Of a DNA stretch of 62,853 nt, positions 24,150 to 36,363 are shown one piece after another. The stretch spans positions 7,722,861 through 7,785,713 of the forward strand of contig BFEA01000002.1 of the NCBI GenBank assembly GCA_003427395.1, given 5' to 3'. The notes below the pieces were generated by a model. That model searched no databases. It worked only from the letters and a program-made list of their open reading frames with translations, and was not told the DNA's origin. A program made the translations under genes and the position numbers. The DNA comes from Chara braunii (Eukaryota; Plantae; Charophyceae). Each line of letters begins with the position of its first letter. The first letter of the stretch is position 1.

Positions 24150-25961
24150 TTGCTCAACCAACAATTGGTGAAAAGCACAACGCCGGCTTCCCCCATCAGC
24201 AATGCTTGATCACCCCGCATCATTGTGATGAGAGGCTGATACAAGCCTTGCTCTCGCACCACTGCTGTGGTGCCAAGCTACCCCATCGGATGCGGACAGT
24301 TCCAGGTCCAGGTTTGGTTGGTGTTCCGCCGTACTATACATAGAGTAGCGAAAGGATGAGAATCATGAGATAGATGAGGAAAATATATATACAAAGAAGT
24401 TTGAGAGAAGAATATAGACTAGTTAAAGAAAAAAAACAGAGCACACATGTGGGGGGAAAAAAAGCACGCACATGGAAAAAACAAAACAAAACACAAAGAA
24501 CACACCAAATTAACTCCCAAGTCCCCCCTCCTCGCCGCACAAAATTTGTGAAGATCCCAACACAGAAACCCAGTAGAGTGTGTGAATCGTGAAAATTTTG
24601 CGCAGATGGAGACCTGTGCTGCAGTCTGGACTGCACATACCGAGCCGTCTTCTCACCTCAATAGAACGCCCGGTCATTATAACAGCCTGTATTTGGGGAG
24701 ACTTTGAGTCGAGATGCAGCGACAATGACTGGACGTTCTATTTGGGTGAAGACAGTAGGACCTAGACCATCGCACATTATTATCCCGATGACTGCCCTAT
24801 GACGGGCAGTGTGCGCTGTTTTACATGCATCCTTGCAGCTGGTGGGTCTTTGGGACTCGTTGCCAAGTTTGGACCGCATGGTCCATCCAGATCACCACAG
24901 TTGTTCTGTTTTGTTTTTTCCTTGCAAGGATTTTTTTTTTGGGGGGTGGGGGGGGGGGGGAGAAGATCAATCAATTTTTTTTTATTTTTTTTTTAAGATC
25001 AACCTTTATTATGGGCAGTTACTATGGGCACTTTTCCTGGTACGGAAGCAGGCTCTCTTTCAAGTCTGAATGTGGAATTAAGGCGTAGGAGCTTCTACTA
25101 CAGTAGGTTGAGTAATATTTAACTAGGATTTCTATGTTGATAGGGCCTTGGTACCGTTTAACAATAAGGTCGGAGGGTTCTAGGCCCCTTGGGTCCGTTG
25201 CTTTACCGGGTGGAAGGACTGGTACGCCCCCTCCATCCGCTGGTCCCTATATCTGTCTCGGTTACTGTGTTGATGCGCGAGTAGTTTAGCTCTTACTATT
25301 CGTCTCAAGCCCATTGTGACCCCTGACGAGTGCCAGTTTTTGGTGTCGGGCCGCCGGCTGAAACAGCTGTAAGGAGAATGCTAATTGTACTTTATAGTTA
25401 TGGCGGCATTGGCGGGCTTTCGTCTACTTTTTTATGCGCTTTCATTGTAATGCGCTACCGGTGCGAATACCCTTACAAGGGTATCCGCCCTGTTTTTTTT
25501 GCAAGCGATGAAAAATAAGATTGGTTTGAAGCTTAAGTATACCGCACGAGGTGGGGCTGTGTCTGTGATTTATGTTGACTAGATGATTGACTAGAGTAGA
25601 GAGTGTGTGGGCGCACAGATCTGAGGTGCGAGTGATCTTTTTATTTGTTGATGATTGAACAGTCGGCGTGATCGCCGACCAAATTTTTTAATTCATTTTC
25701 TTTTCTGATTAAGCTAGGATTAAAAAGATTATGCCTCTTGATTAGTGCGTTTGCCTGTGACTTGTGCGTACATGCGGAGGACGACATCGACAACAATGTA
25801 ATTTTAAGGACATTTCGGTAGAACTACCCATCACGCAGAGTCCGATTATTTAGGTGTCCGTAAAAACTAGACCCAGACTTGCGCTTAGCACTATTGGTTA
25901 CAGCGTCGGACTTTCATCAGAGAGATTCACGGATTGAGATCGAGCGGCGACGATGAGAGGA

Positions 25962-28523
25962 TGTGACGAACCACCTTCTGTAGCGCGCGATTTCTTGCAC
26001 GGTTGCAATGAGGGGTCCTAAGCTGGGAAGGTTGGGCCAATTACGGGAGATTGGGATGGATGGGAAATTGCATCAGTGTCCTCGTTTCTTTGTCTTTTGC
26101 ATCACCTCTTTTCTGATGGTTGGGTTCGGAGCCGGGTGAGTAACGGGACAATTGATTGATTGATTGGCTGTGTCTGCGGCGTGCCGCCAAGAGCGCGATT
26201 AATAAATGTTGACATCGTTTCTTTTTGGTTCGGTTTCGGAGCTTTTTTAGCGCGAACATCGTGCAGGAATTTGCTTTCGTTCTTTTTAAATTTTCTTTTT
26301 GAATTCTTTTTCGAATTTTGTCGAGCCCCGATGACTCTCGGAATTGCGGACTTTCCTTCCGGAACCTGTACTTTTGTTTTTTCGCATTAGTTAGGAATTT
26401 AAGAATTTTGTAATTAGGACTTTCTTCTGCCGCGCGGCGCCTTTTTGCTTACGCGCTTCTTTATGCGGTTGCAACGAAATTCTGATTAGTCGGCGCCTTT
26501 AATCGGGTGTGTAACTGTAATCTTGAGTTGGTGCCATTGTAACTGTATCTTTCTTCTTGCACTTCGTCTTTCCCGCCCTCCTTCTCTTTCTTTTGCTGCG
26601 TTTTTGAAGCTAAGGACTGCATGCTCGGATCGATGCGTGGAGAGTGGCTACGTCCCCCACGCCGCGGCCCGGTCATGCAGAACGTAGGCACTCCCTCTCT
26701 TATCTCTCTCCTGAGTCCTGGTAATTCCGTGTTCTTCGCGCACGCATGCACGTTATAAATTTTGGCTGCACGATTAGTTAGCTCTCTTAACTAGTTGTTG
26801 GAATCTCAGGGTTGCACGATCAGAGAGGGTCGGCACACGAGCGAAGTAAGAGGTGAGTAGAGCAGGAGTCGGGCGACCCGACGAGCTGGTGCCAAACGCA
26901 CGGGGTTGGCGTGGGCCACGACGGACTGTGGGGGCGGGCGAATCTGACGGGTGCGGGAGGACTAAGCGGGGTGACGGCTTCGTGGGTTGGTGCGCGACGA
27001 CGGACTGTCCGCATCGGAGAGAGAGAGAGAGGAAGAGGGAGCTGAGGTTGATGGACGCGGTTTTGCTGTTNNNNNNNNNNNNNNNNNNNNNNNNNNNNNN
27101 NNNNNNNNNNNNNNNNNNNNNNNNNNNNNNNNNNNNNNNNNNNNNNNNNNNNNNNNNNNNNNNNNNNNNNNNNNNNNNNNNNNNNNNNNNNNNNNNNNNN
27201 NNNNNNNNNNNNNNNNNNNNNNNNNNNNNNNNNNNNNNNNNNNNNNNNNNNNNNNNNNNNNNNNNNNNNNNNNNNNNNNNNNNNNNNNNNNNNNNNNNNN
27301 NNNNNNNNNNNNNNNNNNNNNNNNNNNNNNNNNNNNNNNNNNNNNNNNNNNNNNNNNNNNNNNNNNNNNNNNNNNNNNNNNNNNNNNNNNNNNNNNNNNN
27401 NNNNNNNNNNNNNNNNNNNNNNNNNNNNNNNNNNNNNNNNNNNNNNNNNNNNNNNNNNNNNNNNNNNNNNNNNNNNNNNNNNNNNNNNNNNNNNNNNNNN
27501 NNNNNNNNNNNNNNNNNNNNNNNNNNNNNNNNNNNNNNNNNNNNNNNNNNNNNNNNNNNNNNNNNNNNNNNNNNNNNNNNNNNNNNNNNNNNNNNNNNNN
27601 NNNNNNNNNNNNNNNNNNNNNNNNNNNNNNNNNNNNNNNNNNNNNNNNNNNNNNNNNNNNNNNNNNNNNNNNNNNNNNNNNNNNNNNNNNNNNNNNNNNN
27701 NNNNNNNNNNNNNNNNNNNNNNNNNNNNNNNNNNNNNNNNNNNNNNNNNNNNNNNNNNNNNNNNNNNNNNNNNNNNNNNNNNNNNNNNNNNNNNNNNNNN
27801 NNNNNNNNNNNNNNNNNNNNNNNNNNNNNNNNNNNNNNNNNNNNNNNNNNNNNNNNNNNNNNNNNNNNNNNNNNNNNNNNNNNNNNNNNNNNNNNNNNNN
27901 ACAGAGATATCCTTGCCTAACCGAGAATCGACTATGCCCCCGAGAGTTCCATTGCGCCACCACCAGCGACCCTCGGTGCTCTGATTTCCCCTCTCCGGAC
28001 CATACCTACTACTTCATCCACCCCGGATTTGTCGTTATCACCACCAGATTCCCTCCCTTTCGCCTCCTCCTTCCGTACCACCAACTCAGCGTCGTCCCGT
28101 GGCCGGCCATAGCCCCATACTGGCCCAGTACGCCCTGCGGAAACTGCCGACGACGCGGCGATCGGAGGACCCCGGAACCCCGGAGGCCCAACCCAAACGG
28201 GCGACGGCCGACGCCACGTGGCAACTCCCGACGGCCTGAATCATCGGAACCCCATCCACCCCGAAGGGACCCTCCCGCGAACCGCCGTCCCCAAAACCAA
28301 TGGCTCGCCCGACCCTGAGCAACCCACACGTACCATCTGCTTCGTGACCAGAGGTGATCCGCCCTCACCGCCAAATTGCACTCGTGCCTCGAAAAACCCT
28401 ACCACAGGAGATCTCAGTTCTGACCTGGGACTCCACTTTCCCCAAAAATCCTTGGCACACCCGTTTTTCGCACTTCCAGGCCCAAATCCTACTCCGATCA
28501 GGAAGTCGCGCTGGGCGTGAGGT
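25962..28523 (+). repeat. 5' LTR (contains an N gap)
   Basis: Colinear with 36364-38808. Confidence 0.93.
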
Positions 28524-28536
28524 TGGTATCGGAGCC
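28524..28536 (+). promoter_or_regulatory. Primer-binding site, tRNA-iMet type
   Basis: TGGTATCGGAGCC versus canonical TGGTATCAGAGCC, immediately after the LTR. Confidence 0.88.
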
Positions 28537-28676
28537 CGACACGTGGCCGGGTTTTAGGATTAATAGCACACTAATTGGGCGATCTGGCTAACCGAGGGCG
28601 ACCTCGGCCCCGGAACGCGCATAGACGCGACCCCATCATCACCTGGAGTAGATCGGCTAATCGACGGGCAGCCAAC

Positions 28677-31070
28677 ATGGCTGCTAATTTACAAAACCCG
28701 AATCCGCAACCAAATGTTAATCTACCAAATCCTAATCAACCCGCCCCACGTGCAAGGGTTCCCTTTGCGCCACCTGATCTCTATATGTTTGACCCTGCGC
28801 ACCACCTTGCAGGAGCATGGTTGGCCACGCTCCGAGCACAACAGTATGACGATAACGAAGCTAAGGTAAACAACCCCGCTCGATTAGGAGGAGATGCTCA
28901 TCACTGGTTTAGTACCTATGTATGGGTAGATCTTCAGACCTTGGAACGAGACTTTCTGAATCGATTTGATTACGTCCACCCCGAGCAAGCGCTTTACATG
29001 ATCAAGGACCGAGTGCAAAAACCTCTCGAATCCGTTGCAGAGTATCGAAACCGGTTCTACCGAATGTTTGTGAAAACTGAGCGAGGTGAGCAAGTAGGGA
29101 GAGATCTGTTCATAGACGGACTCCGCAACTGAACAATAAGGGCGAAGCTGCGAAAGCAGTTTTCCCCCATCAATCATACGCTGCAGCAGATCATGGCCGC
29201 TGCAGAAGAAATGGAACGGAAGTTTGTGGCGAACTTCCTGGAAGGAGAAAACTATTATAGGGAGGGAGATTCGTCCGAACTCGCAAGGGCAAAAGCCGAA
29301 CTGGCTGCGCTGCAAAACAAGTTCGAAAACATGGGGTTAATGTCAGGTCTTGTCACCTACATGGAACTGATAGCCCCTAAACGACCGATTCCAAGTGAGA
29401 TCCCTAGTGTCCCTGTTCCTGTGATGCCAACACCTGTAAGAACGACGCCCCCGCCACCGATTGAGAATCCCATACGATCGAATGAAGCAACTGCCATACT
29501 CGAACTGACCAAGACATTGATTAGTCTAATCCAGGAAAGCAAAACTGAACAACGGGAGCATAACGCTCGATTGGAAGCTATGATGAGGAACATGCGGCCC
29601 ATCACAGTACGCGCCCCTCCAATCCAACAAGGGCTGGCCCCGACGCCTGCTCTCGGGGGAGCCGCGAACAACCTGAATGTCTGTTATGCATGCCATCAGC
29701 CAGGGCATCTAGCCCGTGGCTGTCCCCACCGACCCCCGCAACAACGGGTCGGGGTCGCGCCAATGACAGCGGCCCCCATCGCTAACGGACCAGGGAGGGT
29801 AGGTGCCCTCATGGAAGAGATGGAAGGTGTGGGAAGTGCGCTAACAACCACGGAAGAGGCTGCTGAGCTCATTCCGTTAGATCAATATATGTCGCTTGGT
29901 TATCCGGGACTTGGAATGATGGGAACAATCCGACCAGCCCCGGAACAGAAGGAGGTGGCGGAGTGGCGACCTTCTCCCGGAGAGATGGAGTCGGGGGGAC
30001 CCACCTTCGTCACCGGGGAAATTGATGTATTGAACATCGTCCGAGCTTTGGACCATCGGATTCCACTCCCAGTCGGCCATTTGTTCTCGATATCTAAACA
30101 AGCTAATGAGCGGATGTTAAAACACTGCAAGGCGAATCGGAAACGATTCGCCCTCGCTCGAACACCGAATGTAAAGGCCAAAAGCCCCTCGCCAGAAGAA
30201 AATATGGCGGGCTCGTCGGAGCCGATACGGGTAGAATTAATACAAAAAGATGATCATTTCCTATGGGTTAAACCCATCCCCTGGAAATCTGCGGAATGCG
30301 ACATCGAAGTCTGGGGAATTCCGTACAATGCAATCATCGACTCGGGAGCCGCTGTTTTGGCTATCTCGCTGAGAGTAGTTGAGAGGGCAGGAAGGAAAAA
30401 CGACCTGATCATGCTTTCAGAAAAAGATCAGCTCGTATCGGCAGATGAGGAGAAGATTAAAACGGTGGGAAGAAAGACCAATGTCGCTTTCCGATTGGGA
30501 AAGGTGCATGCACAAGGAGATGTCGTGGTGCTAGATGTAAATACCTACGACGTTCTTTTCAGACTTCCTGCTCTTGTGGCATTACGAGCGAATTTGGATT
30601 TTGAACGACGGTCAATCATCCTCCGAAATACAGGAGGAAAGCCCTATGCAGTTCCTATGAGACTGACCCTTCGTACTACCCTCAAGGCAATCCCGCGAAT
30701 CTCGCCAATGATAGCAGGGACTCTTCACATGATCACTTGGGAAGATTCCGCAGACGATGAGTCATCATCGAGGGATGCAGATAGCAGCGACGAAAACAAT
30801 TCGGAAATTCTGAAACTAGCACAACAGCATATTTATTACCCACCGCCCAGAACGATCACAAGAACGATGCATCTATCCAGTAGGAACACCCAAAGGACCA
30901 AGGCGATGATTTTGGGAGAACCCCTCGTACAAATTTCGAGGATGGTCGATTCTTTGGAACCCCTTCAAACCCTGTACGAAGGAATTTTTCCTCTCCTCGC
31001 CCGATATAACGACAAAAAGCACTATTGCGATATAACGGATCTTTCGAAATCCGTGCTGACACAGGCATAG
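28677..31070 (+). pseudogene. gag: gag (capsid and CCHC knuckle) plus aspartic protease, in-frame stop at 29130-32
   Basis: LGGDAHHWF...Q...ESVAEYRNRF...FIDGL gag motifs; CYACHQPGHLARGC knuckle; AIIDSGAA protease motif. Confidence 0.9.
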
Positions 31071-31364
31071 GAAGTACGATTGCTACGCTTGGGGGCGGAA
31101 GCCAGTTCTTTGGAACCCCCTGGGCGCCTTGAGGCTGAATCAGACGAACTCGGAGTAAAGATTGCAACTAAAACCGTACCGTGGCAGGATATCTACGAAG
31201 GGATCACCCCGGAAGGACACGTGGCCATCCGGGAGGAAGACGCCCAGATGATGGCCACGGTGTCTCCTGGCAATCGGATCATTCGTTCATCACTGCGCCA
31301 CCTCCCGATGGAGCGAAACAAGCGCGCATGAAGCAGATCGACGTACGGATCTGGGACCAACTTT

Positions 31365-32912
31365 TTGAGTTACACATGCCACAGTACGTACCTGATGAGA
31401 TACATTCTGATAGAATATCCGGGAGCGATTAGCGTAACCGACACGGACATCGGCTTGTTGTTGGTAATTCAACACGAAATACAAACGAGCAATCATTCCT
31501 CCATCCACTGCAAGCCCTACCGATACTCCCTGATAGAGCGGAAAAAGACTCTCGAACGAATAAGGGAATTCGAAGCAAGCGGGTGGATTGAACCCGCCAC
31601 CGGACCATGGTCGTTTCCAGTAGTGTTAGTGCCGAAGAAAAACGGATCAATTCGCATATGTATTGATTATCGCAAGCTGAACGAAATCACGATTAATGAT
31701 GTGTATTCCCTCCCCCGGATTGATGATTTGCTTGATGCGATTGGATGCGCTAATTATTTTAGCAAGTTTGATATTCGGCATGGCTTCCATCACATTCTGG
31801 TTAAGGAGGAAGATTGGCCAAAGACGGCCTTCGTGCTTTTCGAGGGCACGTGGCAGTAGGTTCGGTGTCCGATGGGGATTTTTAACGCGCCTGCCATGTT
31901 TCAGCGAGCGATGAACATCACATTCCAGAACTTCGTCAACAAAACGCGATTAACTCAGGGAATGATCAACTTCTGCGTGATTGTGTACATGAACGACATC
32001 CTCGTTTACTCGGAGACCTATCACGGACATGCGCAACATATTGAGTGGACGCTGGGAGTACTGAGAGACGCTGGGTTCAAGATCGCACTCGAAAAAAGTG
32101 AATTCTTCCTTTCGAAAATCTCGTTCTTGGGCTACATCGTGACACGTGGAGGATTGCGGCCCGACTCGAGAAAGGTCGCGGCGGTGAAAGAAGCCCCGGT
32201 TCCCACGTCACTGACGCAGGTTCGAGCCTTCTTGGGGTTGGCTTCGTACTATCGCCGTTTCATCAAAGGCTTTGCCGCGATTGCACGGTCACTAACGAAT
32301 CTGTTACGAAACGACCAGCCTCTCAGTTGGGACGCGGAGTGTGAACAGGCCTTCGCAACCCTCAAAGACGCTCTGGCGACGTCACCTATTTTGATTCGAC
32401 CGGACCCCTCGAAACAGTTCATTCTTATCACGGACTGGCAACCGGAAGCTATTTTCGCTACTCTAGCGCAGAAGGGGAATGATGGTCGCGAGCATGTCAT
32501 CGAGTACGCGTCGCGCACGGTGCCAGACGAGAGGAGGAATGACTCAGCACCGGAAGGCGAATGTTATGCAGTAGTTTGGGGAATCCAACACTTCCATCCA
32601 TATCTCTACGGGCAGAAGTTCCGCCTCGTGACGGATCATGAGCCCCTGCTGGCCTTGAAGAAGCTCACTAACTACACAGGCATGATTGGACGATGGGCGG
32701 TACGACTACAGGAATACGACTTCGACATCGTCCATCGGAAGACAGAAAGGCACGGCAATGCGGACGGACTGACACGTCTGCATCGGCCCGCTAAAGTACC
32801 AAAGGGCGAGGAAATCACCCCGTGGAAGGAGTTAGAACCGGCGAACGGGCCGAAGTACGGACAAGTGGCAGTTCTCCCACGTGGTACGAAGCAGACCGGT
32901 GGCAATGGGTGA
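31365..32912 (+). pseudogene. pol: pol: reverse transcriptase and RNase H (in-frame stop at 31857-59; YMDD mutated to YMND)
   Basis: KKNGSIRICIDYRKLN, LPRIDDLLD, VYMNDIL, FLGLASYYRRFI, LITDW, TDHEPL, GNADGLTR. Confidence 0.95.
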
Positions 32913-33399
32913 CGGAGGTAATCTCACTACCCCTCTTTCTCCCATCTCCTCTTCGTCTATTCTCTCCCTTCCTGATAAATTTTGCTATTTTTGAAAAGCA
33001 ATTTTTCGCGTATACTTTGTCTCCATGTCTCCTAACGGAGAAGGGTATGCGGAATGGATAGACTTCCGACAGTGTGTCGCACGAGCCCATGGCTCGTGCA
33101 TCCAATACCGAAACGACAATAAACCGTGGTTATGTCCCTTGTGTCGGGTTGACAAGATACCGACCGAGGCTCGCTTTCTGGACGCCACGTCAAAAGGGTT
33201 GGAAAAGACCCGAAAATTTCGAAGGGCCGAAGTATGGACCGACATCTCTTTGATTGCCACCTTAGTCGGTAACCCCCTCCAGGATTTCACCAAGGAAGAT
33301 AGGAGGAGGGCTAACGAAAGGGCTCGAGATTATCGATGGATAGAGGATAGGTTAGAAAAATGGAAAACGGACGGCAGTGGGATTTGGATGGTTGTACCG

Positions 33400-34400
33400 C
33401 ATCCATTCATGAGGTACGACTGGGTGAAGACGGCGCATGAGGAAATGGCAGCCCATTTTGTCGTACGGATTACAGAGTCAGCAATCGACAAAAAATGAGT
33501 GGTATTGGTCCAATATCCGGGACGATGTGAAATTCATCGCCGCGAGCTGTCAAGTCTGTGCTGCTGACAAGGCGCCGATCCGGCCGCCAAGATCGACGGT
33601 TCCAACGGTAGTCGAGCGGTCGTTCCATAGGGTGAGTATGAATACCACCGATATTGTGGTACCTCCTGGTCCTAGTGGTTGTGAATATTCAATCCTGTTG
33701 GTATTTGTCGACCATTCTTCGAAATGGATCGAGGCCTACCCGTGTCGCACGCGGTATGTTAACCGTTTTCTCGGTATGCACCAGGATACGGAGGAGATCC
33801 TGACCGATAACGGGGCAGAATTTAGAGGGGAAGTATTGAGGAACCTGGTCATACACGGTGTCGCTGTACGGAACACCGCGCCCCATATGTCACAATCCAA
33901 CGGGCTAGTAGAAAACGCAAATAGGGTGATAAAGACAACACTGCGACGAAACATCGCGGCACGGGACCCGAGGCCCTGGCCCGATATCGTCAACCACATC
34001 CTAGCAGTCCATCGCGGAACGCCCCACGAATCGACAGGCCTGAGCCCCTTCCAATTAAGGACCAATAGCGTCGCTTGCGTTTCGATACCAAGCCTCCCCG
34101 ACGAATCAACGCTCAACCGACGACCCACAAGGGCCACAGCGCGAGACAAGGCCAAGCGGCACCTAGAGTTAATGGAACGGTCCCTCCCCAGGCTAGCCCG
34201 AAAACGCCAGAGAATGACCGAGTTGGCCCATGGCCGACAGGTCCGAAGCTACGAGGCCCGGAACGGGAACGCAGGTCCGCGGCCCCAGTACAAATTGGGG
34301 GACATCGTGCAGGTGAGGAAATGTGCTCGCCAGGGCAAGCTAGCGCCACGATTCTTCGGGCGATTCCGCGTGATTGAGCTCTGACCCAACGGCGAGAACA
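33400..34400 (+). pseudogene. pol: Integrase (frameshifted): HHCC, catalytic core and GPF/Y motif
   Basis: AHEEMAAH...CQVC; LTDNGAEF; SNGLVENANR; KLAPRFFGRFRV. Confidence 0.9.
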
Positions 34401-34556
34401 CCGTGCGGCTTGCGCATGAGGTCTCCGGCATCATTGGCTCACGCCCCGCGGAGACAACCTTTTTCCCACGGACGGCGTCGATTTCGACGGGATTCGAACC
34501 TTCCAGCACGAGCCGGCGGTGGTGCTCCCGAAACTCATCCCCTTCCCCCGTCCTCA

Positions 34557-35642
34557 ATGAACCCATCCCCGATCTCCACCTTCGACCTCCCCTCCTTCTT
34601 TCCCACCTTCTGGCAGTCCGGAGTCCATCCGCATCTTTCCTTTCGACTGGAATCACTTGTTGTCCCTCTTCTCGATCCCCTGCAGTGGAGACGTTGGCGA
34701 GAGCACTTCGTTGAGCTATCGGTGTGTCTGGTCGGAGTAAGGGTCACGTGGACGCAGCAAGGAGATCACCGCCAGTGGGCCGAGTACCTCGAGTTGCTCC
34801 TCATCCAGGCGTGGCGAACGGAAGTGGAAGGTGATCTACTCGGATTCCTCTTCGGATCGGTGCGGCCCGATCACCGCCAACCGATCGTGCACCAGTTAAC
34901 GATCCCCCTCACGCAGTTGGCCGACGATCTCCCACTCGAGATCGTCTTGCAGAGCGACGACAGCCCGGTCCCGCACGTTCTCGCACGGACCTTGGCGCCA
35001 TATCTTCAATGGTCGGCGTGCTTAGAGGAACCAGGAAGCGGCCGCAACCCACCATCACAGCGCGGGTATCTAGAGCCGCACGAGATAGTCGACCTCGCCT
35101 TCTTCCAAGATCGAACAGCTTCCGAGAACGAGGAGGTCGAGACTGAAGCGGAAGAATAAAGCTCAGAAGAAGACGAAGAGGTGGAGGAAGAGGCTGACGA
35201 GGAAGAAACTCCCAAGGAAGGGAGCTACAGTGAGCACAGCGAGGGCGAGCAGAGTGAAGAGGAGGAGGAAGAAGAGCAAGACGACGACGGCGAAGAAGAA
35301 GACCAGGAGGAGTTAGTAGAGTCGGAGTATGAAGGATTCGAGGAGGAAGTGCGCGACGAGGCTCGGGCGCAGGCCCAGGCACAAAAGAGGGAAGAGATCG
35401 CGGTCGGGAAGCGACAATTGGAATTCGCCCGCGCAGCCGGCCAGCCGCTCACCGACGATCCGGCCCGGGATCCAGAGTCGCCTAAGCCCGAGGATGGAGA
35501 GACAGCTAGCTAGACTTCGGCCGCACCAGCGAGGCGGCGACGGAGCATATCCCCCTCCACCACCGACCGCCCATCAACTCGTCCACGTACCGATGCGGGG
35601 CATCGGGCTTCGTCCCCGGTCCTTATACTGCTGTCCCCTTGA
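34557..35642 (+). pseudogene. Extra ORF3 of the retroelement: globular N-terminus and acidic tail, two in-frame stops
   Basis: ATG at 34557; the same frame reads through stops at 35157 and 35511 to TGA 35642. Confidence 0.6.
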
Positions 35643-36120
35643 TCACCTCTCCTTCCGCCAGATCACCACCCGCGTCACCTTCCCAGCCAATCCCTTCCCC
35701 ATCGATACCTTCCGCTTCTTCTACAGTACCGGTTTCGCGGTCACCGTTCATCCCCACCCCTCCACTCGGTGCGCCCTCCCTGTCTTCTGCCTCCGTATCC
35801 TTTTCTTCAGTGCCAAGTGGCGGGGCCACAATATGATCGAGGTGTATTGCATGATAACGGGGACTATCCCTGCATGCGAGAACCACGATCATTTTCGCGC
35901 GGCCCTTTTTCGAACCTTTACCACCCTCTATCCCAACTACCTCGCATCCCTCCCCCACACTGGCAATCGATTCCCCCGCTTCCATCGGATCGTTCGCTAC
36001 CAAGAACTCTCGGAGACGGTGGTCGGAATGGAGAGCTTCCTGCCCCCGCTATCCATCAACCCTCCCCCTCGCCATCCCTCCATGTACCGCCTCCCCTTTC
36101 CCCTCCCCGGCGCGCGTTGA
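35593..36120 (+). CDS. Extra ORF4 of the retroelement, unknown function
   Basis: Open ATG-TGA frame of 175 aa with complex, hydrophobic/aromatic sequence. Confidence 0.45.
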   Translation: MRGIGLRPRSLYCCPLDHLSFRQITTRVTFPANPFPIDTFRFFYSTGFAVTVHPHPSTRCALPVFCLRILFFSAKWRGHNMIEVYCMITGTIPACENHDHFRAALFRTFTTLYPNYLASLPHTGNRFPRFHRIVRYQELSETVVGMESFLPPLSINPPPRHPSMYRLPFPLPGAR

Positions 36121-36363
36121 TGTAGGACAGATGGGCACGCGTCATGACAACGACATGTGTAATCCCTTCCCTATATTGTTGATGGCCGTCCCTGAGAAAT
36201 TGATAGTAGAGCTGTGCTGCCACGATTGGACGACGTCCACACTCCTTCGAACGGTAAGTGGCATAGAAAGACGAGCTCCGCGTGTCGATCGATTAGAGAG
36301 ATCGACACGTGTCAACAAGCAAGCAGGAGCTTGCTAATATTGGAACCCCCTGGGCGTCACATA

